Shown here: piece after piece, positions 1 through 10,416 of the stretch
Position numbering within the stretch: the stretch's first letter is position 1
Layout of the letters: the number at the start of each line of letters is the position of its first letter
NCBI GenBank assembly: GCA_001304155.1
Contig: LJUX01000021.1
Coordinates: 1-49,649, forward strand
DNA: 49,649 nt
Direction of reading: 5' to 3'
Source of the DNA: a candidate division Zixibacteria bacterium SM23_73_3
GTDB taxonomy: Bacteria > Zixibacteria > MSB-5A5 > SM1-73
Made by a program: the position numbers and the translations under genes
The notes under the pieces: generated by a model
Databases searched by the model: none
Told to the model about the DNA's origin: nothing
The model's input: the letters and a program-made list of their open reading frames with translations, nothing else

Positions 1-108
1 GATCTTTTGAAACTCTTAGAGCAATTCGAAGATATGGAAGATAGAGAAAAAGTTTTGAGGATTGTTTATGAAGAGTTTAGAAGAGAATATTCAAGTGATA
101 TAAAATGA
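1..108 (+). CDS. 3' end of a hypothetical protein (partial, runs off window)
   Basis: Frame 1 is open from base 1 (DLLKLLEQFEDMEDREKVLRIVYEEFRREYSSDIK). Its TGA at 106-108 overlaps the next start (ATGA), typical of translational coupling. Confidence 0.55.
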   Translation, partial: DLLKLLEQFEDMEDREKVLRIVYEEFRREYSSDIK

Positions 109-437
109 TTATTAACATTGAAGGATTCAAGTACGATCTTGAAATTTGCTTAGAAAAAGCAAGGCGTTCTTTTTGTTTTTACATAAGAGCAACATGCAAG
201 TCTAATAGGAGGACTTCTTGCATTAATAACTTAAACGCAATATTGTCCGAACTTAATTTTGATCCTAGAAAACCAAGGTTTGCTGATTCCTCGTGGATAG
301 TTTCGAAGAAGGAAGCAAGTTGTTTTGCAGATGTGGCAAAGGCGGTTCTCTCAGACTCTCAATTTTTGAGTTATCTCGAAAAAAAGTTACATGAAGATAG
401 ATTAGAGGGCGAGTGGGAAAATATCTCACACGTATAA
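105..437 (+). CDS. hypothetical protein (110 aa)
   Basis: ORF coupled to the upstream ORF by an ATGA overlap; no family recognised. Confidence 0.6.
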   Translation: MIINIEGFKYDLEICLEKARRSFCFYIRATCKSNRRTSCINNLNAILSELNFDPRKPRFADSSWIVSKKEASCFADVAKAVLSDSQFLSYLEKKLHEDRLEGEWENISHV

Positions 438-518
438 TGCCTTTGCACTGGAGTTTTGCTTACCTTCATCAGGTAGGTTAGAATAACTCTTGACACTTAT
501 TTTTCGGAGACACAAAAT

Positions 519-1076
519 ATGCCAAAGAAATTGTTAGAACCTCAGACCATGTTGTTTCCGCTTCCGGCGGTGATGGTGAGCTGTCAGAAGAAAGGGGAGA
601 GGCCCAACATCATCACACTTGCCTGGGTGGGGGTGGTTTGTTCTGAGCCGCCCATGGTGGGAATCGCCATAAGAAAGAATCGCTTTTCTTTTGACATCAT
701 CAAAGAGTCAAAAGAATTTGTGCTCAACGTTCCCAGAGGAGGATTGCTCAAGGCAACCGACTGGTGCGGGACCACCTCAGGAAAGGAGGTGGATAAATTT
801 ACCGAGTGTGCGCTTACTCCCATAAAGGGCACAGAAGTAGATGTTCCTTTGATTGAGGAATGTCCGGTGAATCTGGAATGTGCGGTTAAGCAGATACTGG
901 ACCTAGGTTCTCACTGTCTGTTTATTGGTGAAATCGTAGCAACTCATGTAGACTCAGAATACTTGAATAAAAATGATGAGCCGGATGTGGGAAAGATGAG
1001 TCTCTTCTGCTATTGCCCCAAAGCCCATGAGTATCGAGCCGTGTCGGAAGTTTTAGCAGAGTATGGATCTGCTTGA
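519..1076 (+). CDS. flavin reductase-like / flavoredoxin family protein
   Basis: Motifs FPLPAVMVSC, NIITLAW, PLIEECPVNLEC and LGSHCLFIGEIV are typical of FMN-binding split-barrel flavin reductases. Confidence 0.85.
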   Translation: MPKKLLEPQTMLFPLPAVMVSCQKKGERPNIITLAWVGVVCSEPPMVGIAIRKNRFSFDIIKESKEFVLNVPRGGLLKATDWCGTTSGKEVDKFTECALTPIKGTEVDVPLIEECPVNLECAVKQILDLGSHCLFIGEIVATHVDSEYLNKNDEPDVGKMSLFCYCPKAHEYRAVSEVLAEYGSA

Positions 1077-1098
1077 GGACAAGTGAGTTGAACGGGAC

Positions 1099-1360
1099 GT
1101 AGTTGCTCGATTTGTCGAGCTAAAACCGCCCCATGAATGGGGCAACTACAGAGGAAGGGAAGGGATTAGCGGGGCTGAATGCCCTTTCCTTCGACCCCGA
1201 GGTCTCAGGACCGAGGGGCAGGGTGAATCCCTTCAGGATGAACCCGCCCTATAAGTTAGAAACTATTTTTCCCCATAGGGGCGGGAATTTATCCCGCCTG
1301 TAATTCTTGTAGTTACTCGATTCATCGAGCTAAAAACCGCCCCGTGAATGGGCGGGCACA
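1099..1360. repeat. cluster of REP-like palindromes (two imperfect copies of a GTAG-headed double hairpin plus related palindromes)
   Basis: gtagttgctcgatttgtcgagctaaaaccgccccatgaatggggcaactac at 1099-1149 recurs imperfectly from 1309. An inverted ccgccctata / ataggggcgg pair lies between the copies. Confidence 0.75.
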
Positions 1361-1429
1361 GCTTTGTAATGCAGTGACAACCAATGGATTAGCATAATCT
1401 CTTAAAGTCGATAGTTAAGGGCGTTTAAA

Positions 1430-2617
1430 TTGGACAATTTCGAGTTTCGGATAGTAAAAAGGGATAAGAATTCTAAAGCCAGAGTGGGGGTGATAAAGAC
1501 TCCGCACGGAGAGGTGAATACACCAATCTTTATGCCGGTGGGCACTCAGGCTTCGGTAAAAACTCTCTCCTCTGAAGACCTGAAGGAGATTGGAGCAGAG
1601 ATGATTTTGGGCAATACCTACCATCTCTATTTAAGACCAGGTGAGCAACTGGTAGAAAAGGCAGGGGGACTGCACAAGTTCATGAATTGGGACAGACCTA
1701 TCCTCACCGACAGCGGAGGATTTCAGGTATTCAGTTTAAATTCACTCACTAAAACTTCAGAACAAGGGGTGAGGTTTCAATCACATCTGGATGGTTCTTA
1801 TCATTTGTTTACTCCGGAGAAGGTGGTTGAAATTCAGCATGCTTTGGGCGCGGATATAATAATGGTGCTGGATGAACCTGTGTTCTATCCGTGCTCCATG
1901 GAGCAGGCAAAAAGGGCAAATCAGCTAACCTTGAATTGGGCAAAGAGATGTAAGGAGGCGCATAAGGAATTGGAAGATAAAGGTTTCAAACACAAGCAGG
2001 CTTTGTTTGGTATTATTCAAGGTAGTACCTATCCGGAGCTGAGAAAAAACTCGGCTTCAGCTTTAATGAAGCTCGATTTTCCCGGATATGCCATAGGCGG
2101 ACTCTCTTTAGGAGAACCGAAAAGCACCACCTTTGAGATGGTGGATTTGTGCGTTTCATACATTCCGGAACAGAAACCCAGATATCTGATGGGCGTGGGA
2201 ACTCCGGAGGACATGGTGGAGGCGATCTCTCAAGGTATTGATATGTTTGATTGCGTGCTTCCCACCAGAAATGCCAGAAATGCAAGCCTGTTTACCAGAT
2301 TGGGCAAGTTGATCATAAAGAATTCAGAGTATGCGGACGATTTTTCTCCCATCGACTCAGAATGCGGTTGTTCTACTTGTCGAAATTACAGCCGGGCATA
2401 TTTGCGACATCTTTTCAATACTGGCGAGGTGAGCGCACTCAGGCTTGCCACCATCCATAGTCTTTATTTTTATATGGACTTGATGAAGATGGCAAAAGAT
2501 GCTATATTAAAAAATCGGTTTTTGGAGTGGAAGATGGAATTCTTGAAAAAGTATCACTCCAATGAAAAAGATGAAGAAAATAAGATCGGAAACAATCAAA
2601 CCGGAGAGGGGAAATGA
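1430..2617 (+). CDS. tgt: queuine tRNA-ribosyltransferase
   Basis: TPIFMPVGT, ILTDSGGFQVFSL, DCVLPTRNARN and the zinc motif CGCSTC; followed by yajC; TTG start. Confidence 0.97.
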   Translation: MDNFEFRIVKRDKNSKARVGVIKTPHGEVNTPIFMPVGTQASVKTLSSEDLKEIGAEMILGNTYHLYLRPGEQLVEKAGGLHKFMNWDRPILTDSGGFQVFSLNSLTKTSEQGVRFQSHLDGSYHLFTPEKVVEIQHALGADIIMVLDEPVFYPCSMEQAKRANQLTLNWAKRCKEAHKELEDKGFKHKQALFGIIQGSTYPELRKNSASALMKLDFPGYAIGGLSLGEPKSTTFEMVDLCVSYIPEQKPRYLMGVGTPEDMVEAISQGIDMFDCVLPTRNARNASLFTRLGKLIIKNSEYADDFSPIDSECGCSTCRNYSRAYLRHLFNTGEVSALRLATIHSLYFYMDLMKMAKDAILKNRFLEWKMEFLKKYHSNEKDEENKIGNNQTGEGK

Positions 2618-2718
2618 AGAAGTTCAAAAACGCAATTCGGAAGTTGAAGTCATCCAAGAAGACGGATTCGTCTAAAGTTGTTTGCTTTTTTCTGCCACTT
2701 TTAATTTTTGGAGGTGTC

Positions 2719-3039
2719 ATGGTCGAAACTGTTCATGCCATGGGAACAGGCGGTGGCGGTCAACAGGGGGGAGGAATAGCCGCCTTTTTGCCTCTAATCG
2801 CCATAGTGGTGATATTTTATTTTCTTCTGATCAGACCTCAAACGAAAAGACAAAGAGAGCATAAGACTTTGCTCACCACCTTGCGCAAAGGAGATAAGGT
2901 GGTCACCAACAGCGGCATGTTTGGCACCATCGTGGGCATGGATGATAAGGAGAACAAGGTGGTCCTGAAGGTGGCAGAGAACGTGAAGATAGAATTTTTA
3001 AAAAGCTCAATAGCTGGAAGGATAGGGGAGGAACCGTAA
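2719..3039 (+). CDS. yajC: preprotein translocase subunit YajC
   Basis: FYFLLIRPQTKRQ and LRKGDKVVTNSGMFGTI. Start moved from 2614 to the ATG at 2719, which follows a GGAGGT RBS. Confidence 0.92.
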   Translation: MVETVHAMGTGGGGQQGGGIAAFLPLIAIVVIFYFLLIRPQTKRQREHKTLLTTLRKGDKVVTNSGMFGTIVGMDDKENKVVLKVAENVKIEFLKSSIAGRIGEEP

Positions 3040-3108
3040 ACGTTGATCTAACCCCGTCAGATATTTGAATCATTTGGTATTTTTTGTTAGCCTAGGAAAG
3101 AAGCGCAG

Positions 3109-3612
3109 ATGGCGATTTTGCCAATAAGAATATACGGTGAGCCTGTCCTGCGAAAGCGTGCCAAAGAGATCACCTTGATGGATGAAAAGATACAAAGGTT
3201 GGCATCCGAGATGTTGGGCACGCTGAGGAATGCGGGAGGGATCGGATTGTCCGCCAATCAGGTGGGGGAAGAGCTAAGGGTCTTTGTGGTAGATCGTTCT
3301 CTTTTTCAAACAGATGATTCCCCTTTGATCATTATCAATCCAGAGATAGTAGATACACATGGTGAACAGACAGAGGAAGAAGGATGTCTCTCTATACCTG
3401 GCACCTATGCGGACGTCACCCGTCCTTTGGAGTTGACGGTTAAAGGTATAGATCTGAACGAGAAAGAGATAATTGTGGAAGCCAAAGGTCTTTTGAGCCG
3501 CGTGCTTGCGCATGAGATAGATCACTTAAATGGAATTCTGTTCATCGACCATCTCAGCTCCATAAAAAGAAAGCTTTTGTCCAAGAAGCTAAAAAAGCTT
3601 TCAACCAGATAA
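3109..3612 (+). CDS. def: peptide deformylase
   Basis: GIGLSANQVG, EGCLSIP and HEIDHLNG motifs. Confidence 0.97.
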   Translation: MAILPIRIYGEPVLRKRAKEITLMDEKIQRLASEMLGTLRNAGGIGLSANQVGEELRVFVVDRSLFQTDDSPLIIINPEIVDTHGEQTEEEGCLSIPGTYADVTRPLELTVKGIDLNEKEIIVEAKGLLSRVLAHEIDHLNGILFIDHLSSIKRKLLSKKLKKLSTR

Positions 3613-3642
3613 CCATCGTTTAAAGCAGGGTCATAAAAAGTT

Positions 3643-4575
3643 ATGCGACTTGTCTTTATGGGGACTCCAGATTTTTCTATCCCCAGCCTGAAGAAATTGA
3701 TTCAAAGCAGGCACCAAATAGTAGGGGTGGTGACCGCTTTTGACAAACCCAAAGGAAGAGGACGGAAACTTGCAGAGTCTCCGGTAAAGAGGTTTGCCTT
3801 AGAACACAACTTGAAGGTTCTGACTCCAGAGAAACTAAAGAATGAGGATTTTATCAAAGCCCTTAAAGAATTAAGCCCTGATCTGATAGTGGTGGTGGCT
3901 TTTCGCATTCTTCCGGAAGTGGTTTTCTCTTTGCCTCGGCTGGGGACCATAAATCTCCACGCCTCTCTTTTGCCCAGATATCGCGGGGCGGCACCCATCA
4001 ACTGGGCACTGATGAATGGTGAAACCAAGACCGGGCTGACCACGTTTTACATTAGAAAAAAAGTGGACACCGGTGATATGATTCTGCGGAGAGAAACCGA
4101 GATTTATCCGGAAGAGAATTTCGGCGAACTGCATGATCGAATGGCACAACAGGGGGCTGATGTTTTGCTTGAGACTGTGGATCTGATCGAAAGGGGAGAG
4201 GTAAAAACCTTAAAGCAGGATGATACACAGGCTACGCCTGCTCCCAAGATCACACCCGAGCACTGTCGGATAGACTGGTCTCGAAAAGCCACCCAAATAA
4301 AAAATCAGATTCGGGGGTTGGCGCCTTCTCCAGGAGCATTTACCTTTTTTCGGGGAAAAATTCTAAAAATCTACAGGGCGCATATAATCGGAGATGTTTC
4401 ATTTACAGGCGATTTGGGTCAGGTGACAGAGTCGGATGAAAAAGAGAGTCTCTGGGTGAAAACAGGAAGTGGGATCTTGAGCCTGCTTGAAGTTCAGCCA
4501 GAGGGCAAAAGAAGGATGAGCATTGAGGAATTCGTCCGAGGATACCGGGTCCAGCCTGAAGAGAAATTGGGATGA
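3643..4575 (+). CDS. fmt: methionyl-tRNA formyltransferase
   Basis: MRLVFMGTPDF, INLHASLLPRYRGAAPI; follows def. Confidence 0.97.
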   Translation: MRLVFMGTPDFSIPSLKKLIQSRHQIVGVVTAFDKPKGRGRKLAESPVKRFALEHNLKVLTPEKLKNEDFIKALKELSPDLIVVVAFRILPEVVFSLPRLGTINLHASLLPRYRGAAPINWALMNGETKTGLTTFYIRKKVDTGDMILRRETEIYPEENFGELHDRMAQQGADVLLETVDLIERGEVKTLKQDDTQATPAPKITPEHCRIDWSRKATQIKNQIRGLAPSPGAFTFFRGKILKIYRAHIIGDVSFTGDLGQVTESDEKESLWVKTGSGILSLLEVQPEGKRRMSIEEFVRGYRVQPEEKLG

Positions 4576-4722
4576 TCTTTTTGGCAATTAAAATTGAACA
4601 AAATAGTCCAGATTTGGTATAAAAAAGTGGTCGTCCATTTTGGACGCAAATTGTTGAAAATTAACTATAGTTTTTCGCCCCACCAAAGGCGAAACGGCTA
4701 CCATCTTTGAATAAGTGAAATT

Positions 4723-5532
4723 ATGGCTGATTTGGAAAACAGATTAAGGGCAAAGGGTAAATGGACTTTTCTTGCTCTGTCCATTTTAAGTCTGGTGGCA
4801 CTTATCATCCTGAGCTTCTTTTTGTGGTATCTGATCTCACCCCGGGTTAACGCGATGAGCCCCTTTTTGAGCCTGGCGATAAAAATTCTGGGGATACTCT
4901 CTCTGTTTGTCATCTCGGGAGGGTTATTTTTAATTGTGCTATCCTCAGCTTTGGAGAGAGATTTTTTGTTTCCCCATGGAGAGAAACAGATAACTCTGAA
5001 AGTTTTGTTTCCCATCAATCTTTTTTTGGGGAAGCTTTTTGGACTTTCTAAAGATCAGGTTCGAGAGTCATTCGTCCAGGTCAACAACTCACTTTTCAAA
5101 GCCACTGAAAAAAGGATAGAAAAAGATCGGCTTTTGATACTTTTACCTCACTGTCTGCAGAATTTCGATTGTCCCCACAAGATCGTCGCCAATTACAACA
5201 ATTGTCAACGATGCGGAGGATGCTTAATCGGCGACATCATAGAGATGACGGAGAAATACAATATTGATGTCTCCATCGCTACGGGTGGAACTTTAGCCCG
5301 GAAGGTGATGGTGGAGAAAAGGCCGAGCGTAATCGTGGCGGTTGCCTGTGAGCGGGATCTTTGTTCCGGCATTCAGGATGCTTATCCCATTCCGGTATAC
5401 GGCGTACTGAATGAAAGGCCATATGGTCCCTGCATGAACACTAAGGTGAATTTGGAAAATCTGGACCAGGCTGTGCAATACATACTGAATGGAGCCAAAG
5501 ATGCAAAAAGATATAATCATCAACGCGTCTGA
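4723..5532 (+). CDS. DUF116-family membrane-anchored Cys-rich protein
   Basis: Two N-terminal TM helices; LLPHCLQ, CQRCGGC, ATGGTLAR, VAVACERDL and GPCMNT motifs; sits next to fmt. Confidence 0.85.
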   Translation: MADLENRLRAKGKWTFLALSILSLVALIILSFFLWYLISPRVNAMSPFLSLAIKILGILSLFVISGGLFLIVLSSALERDFLFPHGEKQITLKVLFPINLFLGKLFGLSKDQVRESFVQVNNSLFKATEKRIEKDRLLILLPHCLQNFDCPHKIVANYNNCQRCGGCLIGDIIEMTEKYNIDVSIATGGTLARKVMVEKRPSVIVAVACERDLCSGIQDAYPIPVYGVLNERPYGPCMNTKVNLENLDQAVQYILNGAKDAKRYNHQRV

Positions 5533-7057
5533 ACATGAAACTCGATTAGCCATCTTAGAGGATTTAAAACTGGTGGAGCTTTTGGTGGAGCGTCCGGAGG
5601 CAGAGAGGATGGTGGGAGACATTTACAAGGGAATGGTCAAGACCGTCCTGCCCGGAATGCAGGCCGCTTTCCTTGATCTGGGCCTGGAGAAGAGTGCTTT
5701 CCTTCATTTCTCAGATATTGGAGACTCCAAGGCTCAGCTTGATCTTTTGTATGAAGCCGAATTTTTAGAAGAAGAGGAAGAGGCAAAGAAGGCAAAGAAA
5801 GCTAAGAAGGTGCCCGAAAACATTCAGGACGTTCTAAAGGAAGGACAGGAGATTTTGGTACAGGTAACCAAGGAACCAATAGGCACCAAAGGATCCCGGG
5901 TTACCACCCAGCTTTCTTTAGCAGGAAGATACCTGGTTTTAGTTCCTGGGGAAGATCATGTAGGAGTATCACGCAAGATATCCCATTGGGGGGAGAAAAA
6001 AAGGCTGAAAAGGTTAGCTTACGAGATAAAGCCGGATGGATTCGGATGTATCATACGCACTGTGGCAGAGGGAAAACAGAAAAGGGAGCTTAAATCAGAT
6101 ATAAAAAACCTCTCCAGGCTCTGGAAAAAGATAATAAAGCAGGCGGAGAAAGAGAGTGCGCCAGTTCTGCTTCATAAAGACATAGGTTTAATTTATAGCG
6201 TTATGCGGGATGTTTTAACTCCGAATGTGGGAAGTGTGGTGGTCGATTCTAAAAAGGAGTTTAAGAAAATTCTCTCCTACCTGAAAACGGTCGCCAAGGG
6301 CTTACGTTCCAAAGTGAAGCTTTACGAGGGAAAGGTTCCCATCTTTGATGCTTATAATATCGAATTGGAGATAGAAAAGATGCTGGATCGAAAGGTGTGG
6401 GTGAAAAAAGGAGCTTACTTTGTGATCGATCAGACAGAAGCTATGGTTACCATCGATGTCAACACCGGCAGGTTCGTGGGAAAGACCACCCAGGAATCCA
6501 CCGTGCTTAAAACCAATCTGCAAGCAGCCTGGGAGATTGCCCGGCAGATAAGATTGCGAGACATCGGAGGATTGATTATCGTGGATTTCATCGATATGGA
6601 GTCGGCGGAAAACAGAAAGAAGGTTTTCGACGAATTCAAAGCCGCCTTTAGACATGACCGTTCAAAAAACAGCATCCTGCCCATCTCCGATTTCGGCTTA
6701 ATTGAGATGACCCGGGAAAGGATCAGGCCTTCAATACTTCACACCTTAAGTGAAACTTGCCCCTGCTGTGGAGGAATCGGCAGGGTGATCTCCAAAGAAA
6801 CCGTGGCCATGAAGATCGAGAGATGGTTCAAACGAGCCAAGGTGGGTGCCAAATGCAGAAATTATCGACTGATGGTTCATCCGGAGGTAGGGCAGGTTCT
6901 CGGAGACAGAAAAACTGGTCGCATACACAAGCTATGTAAAGAGCTCAAGCTGGATATAGAGCTGGCGAAAGACGAAAACCTATCATCGGATGAGTTCCGT
7001 GTGTTTGATCTGAATCAGGAGTTGGAAGTCACGGATATGTTCAAAGCCGGAAGATAG
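5501..7057 (+). CDS. rng: ribonuclease E/G family (Rne/Rng)
   Basis: GDIYKGMVKTVLPGMQAAF (S1 domain), IDQTEAMVTIDVNTG, RLRDIGGLIIVDFIDM, CPCCGGIG. Start placed at the ATG at 5501, after GGAG. Confidence 0.93.
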   Translation: MQKDIIINASEHETRLAILEDLKLVELLVERPEAERMVGDIYKGMVKTVLPGMQAAFLDLGLEKSAFLHFSDIGDSKAQLDLLYEAEFLEEEEEAKKAKKAKKVPENIQDVLKEGQEILVQVTKEPIGTKGSRVTTQLSLAGRYLVLVPGEDHVGVSRKISHWGEKKRLKRLAYEIKPDGFGCIIRTVAEGKQKRELKSDIKNLSRLWKKIIKQAEKESAPVLLHKDIGLIYSVMRDVLTPNVGSVVVDSKKEFKKILSYLKTVAKGLRSKVKLYEGKVPIFDAYNIELEIEKMLDRKVWVKKGAYFVIDQTEAMVTIDVNTGRFVGKTTQESTVLKTNLQAAWEIARQIRLRDIGGLIIVDFIDMESAENRKKVFDEFKAAFRHDRSKNSILPISDFGLIEMTRERIRPSILHTLSETCPCCGGIGRVISKETVAMKIERWFKRAKVGAKCRNYRLMVHPEVGQVLGDRKTGRIHKLCKELKLDIELAKDENLSSDEFRVFDLNQELEVTDMFKAGR

Positions 7058-7064
7058 TTTTGGC

Positions 7065-7093
7065 TTGACTTGTCATGGTAAAAATGTTAGTAT
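7065..7093 (+). promoter_or_regulatory. sigma70-type promoter for rplU
   Basis: TTGACT-N17-TAGTAT upstream of rplU. Confidence 0.6.
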
Positions 7094-7175
7094 GGTTTTT
7101 GAAGAGATAATGTAAATTATCGTAAAGCTTTAAAAAGATCGTGAGTTATACCAAGAACATCTAAGGAGGGTTCCT

Positions 7176-7490
7176 ATGTATGCCATCTTAGAGACCGGAG
7201 GATTTCAATTCAGCGTCAAGGAGGGGGAGAAAATAAAAATACCAAAACTCCAGGTTCAACCCAAGGAAAAAGTGACCCTAAATAAGGTTCTTTTTATTGG
7301 CGGCGAGAAGACCTTAATTGGAACGCCTTATATAAAAAATGCTAAGGTAAAGGCAGAGGTTTTGGGTTCTGGAAAAGGGGAGAAGGTTACAGTATTCAAG
7401 TTCAAAAGAAGGGTGAAATATAGAAGAAGGAAGGGCCACCGTCAGGAATATACCGAGATTGAAATCGAAAAAATTCTTCGGCCGAAATGA
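7176..7490 (+). CDS. rplU: 50S ribosomal protein L21
   Basis: MYAILETGGFQF...GHRQEYT; AGGAGG RBS. Confidence 0.97.
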   Translation: MYAILETGGFQFSVKEGEKIKIPKLQVQPKEKVTLNKVLFIGGEKTLIGTPYIKNAKVKAEVLGSGKGEKVTVFKFKRRVKYRRRKGHRQEYTEIEIEKILRPK

Positions 7491-7548
7491 AAGCTGAAGT
7501 AACTTGATAGGAAAAATCTAACCACAGGACAAAGGCGTTTTTGCTGAA

Positions 7549-9763
7549 ATGTTGAGAACAATCATAATAGTTTTCGTCTTCGCTACTTTTATTTTTTGTC
7601 AGGTAAGCTCCGCCGCAGTTATCACCCAGATTGAGGTGCTGGGGAATCGAAGCGTAAATCAGTCCCTGATAATTAACATGGCCGGACTGGTGGTGGGTTC
7701 TGAACTCAGACCTGCCACCATACAGGAAGCTATCAAGAGAATCTATGCGATGAATCTGTTCTCTGATATTCAGATCGAGGGCGCTGAGTCAGAGACTGGG
7801 ATAGGGCTCACCATAATAGTCAAAGAATATCCACGGGTTATGGAAATTGAGATTTCAGGAAACAAGAAGATAAAGAAGGAGGATATAGAGGAAAAAATAA
7901 AAATCACTGAAGGTAAAGTGATAAGTCAGGTGGATGTAAGGACGGCGGTAGATCAGATTAAATCACTCTATAATGAGAAGGGATATCTTACTGCCCGGAT
8001 AGGATCTGAGTTGGTCGAAACGGAGGCTCCGGGCGGAGTGATCCTGAAGTTTGAAATCGACGAGGGCAAAAAGGTAAGGATCAAAAAGATCTATGTGGAG
8101 GGAAACGAAGCTTTCAAGGCATCCAAGATAAGAAAGCAGATGAAAAATAAACAGAAAAGCTTCTTTCGTGGTGGCGAGTTCAAGCCCGATCAGTACGAGG
8201 AGGACAAAGAGAAAATCATAGAATTCTACAAGAAAGAAGGTTATCTGGATGCCCAGATAGTCTCTGATTCTATTTGGTATGGACCCGATAAGAAGAATCT
8301 GTTTATTCAGGTTACGGTAAGCGAAGGGGAAAGATACAAGTTTGGAGAGGTGAATTGGGAAGGAAACAAACTTTTTTCCTCAGAGAGGCTAAGCAAACTG
8401 GTGAGATTCAAAGAAGGGGATATCTATTCCCAGAAAAAGTATGAGGAAACATTAGGTGACATTTACTTTCTTTATCAGGAGGATGGTTATCTTTACACCC
8501 AGGTGGAGGACAAGACCACCACGCGGGGGAACGTGGTAAATATTACCTATCATATAACCGAAGGGGTGCCGGCGAACGTCCATTACATAAACATTCAGGG
8601 CAACACCAAGACCAAGGAAAAGGTGATCAGAAGAGAGCTTTCTGTCTTACCCGGGCAGAGATTCCGACGCTCTCGGGGACATTGACTTAATCATTAAGGT
8701 GGAGGAGAAGCCCACCGGACAGATCATGTTTGGTGCAGGATACAGTGCCCGAGACAAGCTGGTAGGAAACATAGGTCTGGGCATTCCCAATTTTCGTGGC
8801 AATGGTCAGAATCTCAAACTTAACTGGGATTTCGGCAAAAGAAGGCAGACCATTGAGCTTTCCTTCACCGAACCCTGGTTCAGAGACACCCCCACTTCAG
8901 TGGGCTTCGACATCTACCAGATCAACCGGAAATGGTATGATGATTTTACTGAGGAGAACAGAGGATTCGGGCTAAGATTGGGCAGAAGACTTTCCTGGCC
9001 GGACAATTATTTCAGGCTATACTGGCGTTATCGATGGGAACAGATCAGATATTATGATTTTGCTCCTCCTTTAGCGGTGGTGGACCCCGCAGGCACAGAC
9101 ACTACTTATATTCCTCATTATCTTTCTGAGGTGGATTGGCCTCGAAATGCTGCCACCACTTCCTTTACAATAGTCAGGGATTCAAGAGATCTTCCTCAAT
9201 TCGCCACCAAAGGTTCCGTCCTTTCGTGGAATACAGAATTGGCGGCAAATTTCTTGGGGGGAGATTTTTACTATCATAAGCATATATTTCAAGCCAGCTA
9301 CTTCTTGACCACCTTCTGGAAATTTGTCCTGGCGGCTCATATGAAGGTGGGGGTTATAGATGGAAGGGACAAAGACCTGCCGGAGGTATACGGGGAACGT
9401 TTCTCACCAGGAGGTACAGATCCGGATGGGATGATTCGCGGGTACTCAGATGCTTCCATCGGACCAGCCAACAGGGGTAGGAGCGTCTTAGTTTACAATT
9501 TCGAATTGCAATACCCTCTGATGGAACAACAGATGTATTTCCTCTTTTTTGCTGATGCAGGAAATGCCTGGCCAAGTGGCAAAAAGATAAGACCGTTCGC
9601 GTTCCGGCACACATCGGATCAAGCCCTTTTCAGGTCAGCAGGCCTGGGGGTAAGACTTATAATCCCCGGAATGGGAATAATCGGGTTTGATTTCGGTCAT
9701 GCTTTTGATGGTGAAGAAAGAGGAGAGTGGAGACCTCACTTTCAATTCGGGACAACATTCTAA
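7549..9763 (+). CDS. bamA: outer membrane protein assembly factor BamA, split by an apparent internal deletion/frameshift near 8673
   Basis: ORF 7549-8685 has a signal peptide and POTRA repeats ending GNTKTKEKVIRRELSVLPGQRFRRS. A second frame resumes GDIDLIIKVEEKPTG and encodes the barrel, ending FQFGTTF. Followed by skp and lpxD. Confidence 0.9.
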
Positions 9764-9835
9764 GTGTTGCTGGAGTCAAGCAAAAAAGCTGAGTGAAAAT
9801 ATATCAGTTCCACGCAATTTTTTAGGAGGAAAAAA

Positions 9836-10381
9836 GTGGAAAGGAAAATCATTCTACCCTCCACCATCCTGTTTTTTCTGATCGGAGCATTTCTTCTTTT
9901 CTGGGCGAGCGAGAGTTCCTCTCAGGAGGGAAAAATCGGTTACGTGGATTCCATAAGGCTCCGCACGGAGTTTGGTGAATTTGCTGATGCGCAAGCCAAG
10001 TTTGATCAGGATGTACAAGCATGGGAGGAAGAGATAGCGGAGTTGAAACACGTGGTCGATAGCCTAAAGCAGGATCTGGAAGAAAGAAAGTTGGTGTTAC
10101 TCGAACCTACAAGGAATGAAAAAGAAAAAAATCTGGAAGCCAAAGAGCTGGAATATAGCAGACTTACCAATGATATCTATGGTCCCGGAGGAAGGGCGGA
10201 GCGAAGGAATGCGGAGCTGACCAAGCCCATTCTGGATAAGATCAACCAGGTTTTAGAAAAGATCGCCACCGAGGAAAATTATATAATGATCTTCGATTCG
10301 GTGAATGCCAACATCGCCTATGCCAAAAAGAATCTGGATCTCACGGATCAGGTTTTAGAAGAGCTTAAAAAACTGGAGTAG
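9836..10381 (+). CDS. skp: OmpH/Skp periplasmic chaperone
   Basis: Signal peptide, KIGYVD, a long coiled coil and a DLTDQVL C-terminus; bamA-skp-lpxD synteny. Confidence 0.92.
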   Translation: MERKIILPSTILFFLIGAFLLFWASESSSQEGKIGYVDSIRLRTEFGEFADAQAKFDQDVQAWEEEIAELKHVVDSLKQDLEERKLVLLEPTRNEKEKNLEAKELEYSRLTNDIYGPGGRAERRNAELTKPILDKINQVLEKIATEENYIMIFDSVNANIAYAKKNLDLTDQVLEELKKLE

Positions 10382-10416
10382 GATTCTTAGTTCTGAAGAT
10401 TCTACTTTTATCCCGG

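Noticed and set aside
2614-2718. Long N-terminal extension of YajC overlapping the tgt stop
   Set aside because: A strong GGAGGT RBS before the ATG at 2719 gives a normal-length YajC.
4625-4700. GGACGCAAA next to a hairpin, suggestive of a c-di-GMP-I riboswitch
   Set aside because: No GNRA-capped P2 and no P3/CUAA segment; just two simple hairpins.
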